Source: Leucoraja ocellata (Eukaryota). Taken from it: a DNA stretch of 64,000 bases. A program made the translations under genes and the position numbers. This document shows, in pieces, positions 61,001 through 64,000 of this stretch (positions are counted from its first letter, which is position 1; every line of letters begins with the position of its first letter). The stretch is from NCBI GenBank assembly GCA_036785375.1, contig JAWMAR010000160.1, forward strand, positions 1,922,001 to 1,986,000, written 5' to 3'. The notes under the pieces are model-generated. The model did no database searches and had not been told where the DNA came from. It was given only the letters and a program-made list of their open reading frames with translations.

Positions 61001-64000
61001 AACCAGCATCTGCAGTTCATTCCTACACATTCCAATTTCAAAACTTGAGTATCTTTTTTATTCTCTGAGAAAGAATTGGGATATTATACCAATAAGTGTC
61101 AGTTTCACATTTTTGACTGCGTGCTTTGCCTTTGCATTGGGTCTCAAGTAATGTTTGTGTTTGTCTGTGTTATGAGCTGGAAGAAGTATTTAGCAACTAT
61201 TTTAAGAAAAGCTTTTTTTGTTCACCATAACTTGCCATGGTCTTGTATTTTTTTCAAAATGTATTTTGTACTAATACCTTCTTTCATTAAAATGTTTAAT
61301 TTATGTCTAATTTGTCTAGATAGTCAAGAGTGTTTAATTGCCACATGTATTGAAACAGAACAATTACATTCTTACTTGCAACAGCACATCAAGTTTGTAA
61401 AATCAATTATCTATTTTATAGCTTTCTATATAGTCGCCCATTAACCTCATACTTTGCTTGGGCTGCTTATGCCCCAGCAGTATGAACATTGACTTCTCTA
61501 ACTTCAAATAGCCCTTGCTTTACCTCTCTCTCCATCCCCTCTCCCTTCCCACTTCTCCCACCAGTCCTACTGTCTCCAAGTACATTCTATCTCTGTCCCA
61601 CCCACTTCCCTGACATCAGTCCGAAGAAGGGTCTCGACCCGAAACGTCACCCATTCCTTCTCTCCAGAGATGCTGCCTGTCCTGCTGTTACTCCAGTGTT
61701 TTGTGTCTACCTGCATTTCTATCGAGTATTTCGCAACTTTTGCCAATAAATCTCATTTTGAAGAACAATTGCCATTGTGAAATAGGAAATGCAGCAGTTA
61801 ATATATGCACGGGGTCTTTAATCAGAGGGTGGTGAATCTGGGGAATTTGTTGCCACAGGTGGCTGAGGAGGCCAAGTCAATGGGTATTTTTCCGGCACAG
61901 ATTGATCGATTCATGATTAGAACAGATGTCTAACTAGCAAGTGACTCTAGTCATTGTACTAGTTTCACTGTCGTCCTGTTGAGTTTCATTGTCTGTATAA
62001 CTCGCTATCATCTAGCCCACGGCCAACAATGGACCATTGTGGACTCCACGGTTCCTTGATCATCGTTACTTTTTTGCATCTCTTTCATTATTTGTTCTAT
62101 ATCACCGTCTATATCTCGTTTCCCTTCCCCCTGACTCTCTGAAGAAGGACCTTGAGCTGAAATGCCACCCATTCCTTTTCCCCACAGATAGTGCCTGATC
62201 CGATGAGTTACCTCAGCTTTTTGTGTCTATCCCCACCTCAAATCTTATTTTCAAGAGTCATTCTATTTAGCAATTACAAATGGCTTGGCCCTGCTCAGCT
62301 ACTGTTCTTTAGCTAAGGGGATTGAGTCATACATGGCACCATGCAGATGAACTGCACAGAGTTGCTGCAGTAAGCAGTTAAGGGAAGTTAAAAGTTCAGT
62401 CATATTTAGTCATCAGAGCAGTGGGCTCAACTTTCTGGTTTAGCGAGCGGTACGTGAGCTAATCTTCCATTCCTCATTCCTGTTGACAATGTTTATGTTT
62501 AGTTTAGTTTCATTTAGAGATACATACACTAGGCTTGGAGCAATTTACAGAGGACAATCAACCTACAAAGCTGCAAGCCTTTGGGATGTTGGAGGAAACT
62601 TGAACATCCAGAGGAAACCCATGCAGTCCAAGGGAGAACGTGCAAACTCCACACAGACAACATTTGAGGTCGGGATTGAACCTGAATATGTGAGGCTGCA
62701 GCTCTATGGCTGTAGTGCTGTAAACATTTGGACAGATACATAGATACGAGATTTGGAGGGGGAAGGGCCAAACGTGGACAGGTGGGACTGGTGTAGATGG
62801 GGCACATTGGTTGGGGTTGGCAAGTGGAGCTGAAGGCCCTGTTTCCATGCTGTCTGATTCTATGATTCTCTGACTACCTGCATTGATGTCAAATAAAAAA
62901 AACAGTAGTTTGTTTCAGTGTGATAGTTTCTGTCATGGAATAACCTGCTGATATACGTGAAGAGTTTCATATGAAGAACTGCAGAGTTTTAATGTTGGAT
63001 TCGTCAACATCTAGAACACCAGGGAGTAAGGCCATAAGCTCATAAGTGATAGGAGTAGAATGAGGCCATTCGACCCATCAAGTCTACTCCTCTATTCAAT
63101 CATGGCTGATCTATTTCTCCCTGCAAACCCCATGCTCCTGCCTTCTCCCCATAACCTCTGACACCCGTACTAATCAAGTATCTATCTATCTCTGACTAAA
63201 ATATCCATTGACGTGGCCTCCACAGCCTTCCGTGGCTGTTAACAGAATGTTATTGTTTAGTGGTGGGGGAATTTAATGCAAAAGTAGGGAGGTAGCACTT
63301 CAGATATAGAGGGCATTGGTGAGACCACATCTGGAGTACCGTGCAAAGTATCGATCTCCTACTTCATTGGAAGTGGTTTCAAGAAAGTTTATCACAGCCT
63401 TCTGAGGCAAAGGTGTTGGTTGAAAAGGAAATTCATTTTATTCAAGTAAACAATTCAGTCTGCAGTCATCAGATTTTTAGCACTGATGATTGCTTATTAT
63501 TAGAATATACCAAGGATGTTAAAAGATCAAGGATAGGAATATTAAGTTCCTAATAGTTTGACCATCTGGATGCTATAAAGAGGTCTGTACAGGATGCATT
63601 TATCTCAGTTAGCAGAAATGAATAGACAATTCAGGTCAAGGCACGCATTGAACAGTTGTGTTGGTTGCTTCCCCAAACACTGACCGTTTCCTTGCATCCA
63701 ACATTTGCTCGTTCCTTTAATGTAATCAGTCACTGTAGGGTCGGAAACACAACACACCCAGCCTCATTCGATTGATCAAACCGATAACATACTGAATGAA
63801 GAAGGGCGAGAGACAAAAGGATTTAAGAGTTGCAAAATGTGAAGCTGGAGGAAGGAATGTAGATGCGAGGGAGGGGGAGGGGAGAAATGGGTGTAAGTCC
63901 AGGCGGAGGACAGGAAGTGGGGGGAAGGGGTTGGAAAGAAGAGGATTACATCGGGGGAAGAAGAGAGAGGCGAAGACTATTCTGAGGACTTGCAGAATGA

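Overview
Eukaryotic, repeat-dense genomic DNA, almost certainly from a cartilaginous fish (probably a skate or ray, inferred from HE1/V-type tRNA SINEs, CR1/HER1-like LINE ends and Penelope-type palindromes). It is not prokaryotic. I reconstructed two complete, tandem, minus-strand ICAM/VCAM-family Ig-superfamily adhesion genes by hand, using GT-AG sites and phase-1 Ig exons. Gene A (CDS 31600->17989, 6 exons, 504 aa) has a signal peptide, 4 Ig domains, a TM helix and a ~60-aa tail with a GEYNV motif. Gene B (CDS 58037->50475, 5 exons, 357 aa) has a signal peptide, 3 Ig domains, a TM helix and an ICAM1-like tail. Main points: gene A has an ICAM1-like inducible promoter (TTTCCGGGAAA GAS palindrome plus a T-initiated kB site at mammal-like spacing). 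Gene B looks like an ICAM/VCAM mosaic. Gene B also has a duplicated exon end that could form an in-frame micro-exon. Many Penelope-derived minimal hammerhead ribozyme motifs, large fold-back Tc1/mariner-type elements (one carrying a tRNA-Met-like head) and a young Rex1/Babar retroposon are also present. Most ORFs in the supplied track are repeat-derived noise. No database searches were run; family comparisons are from recalled knowledge.
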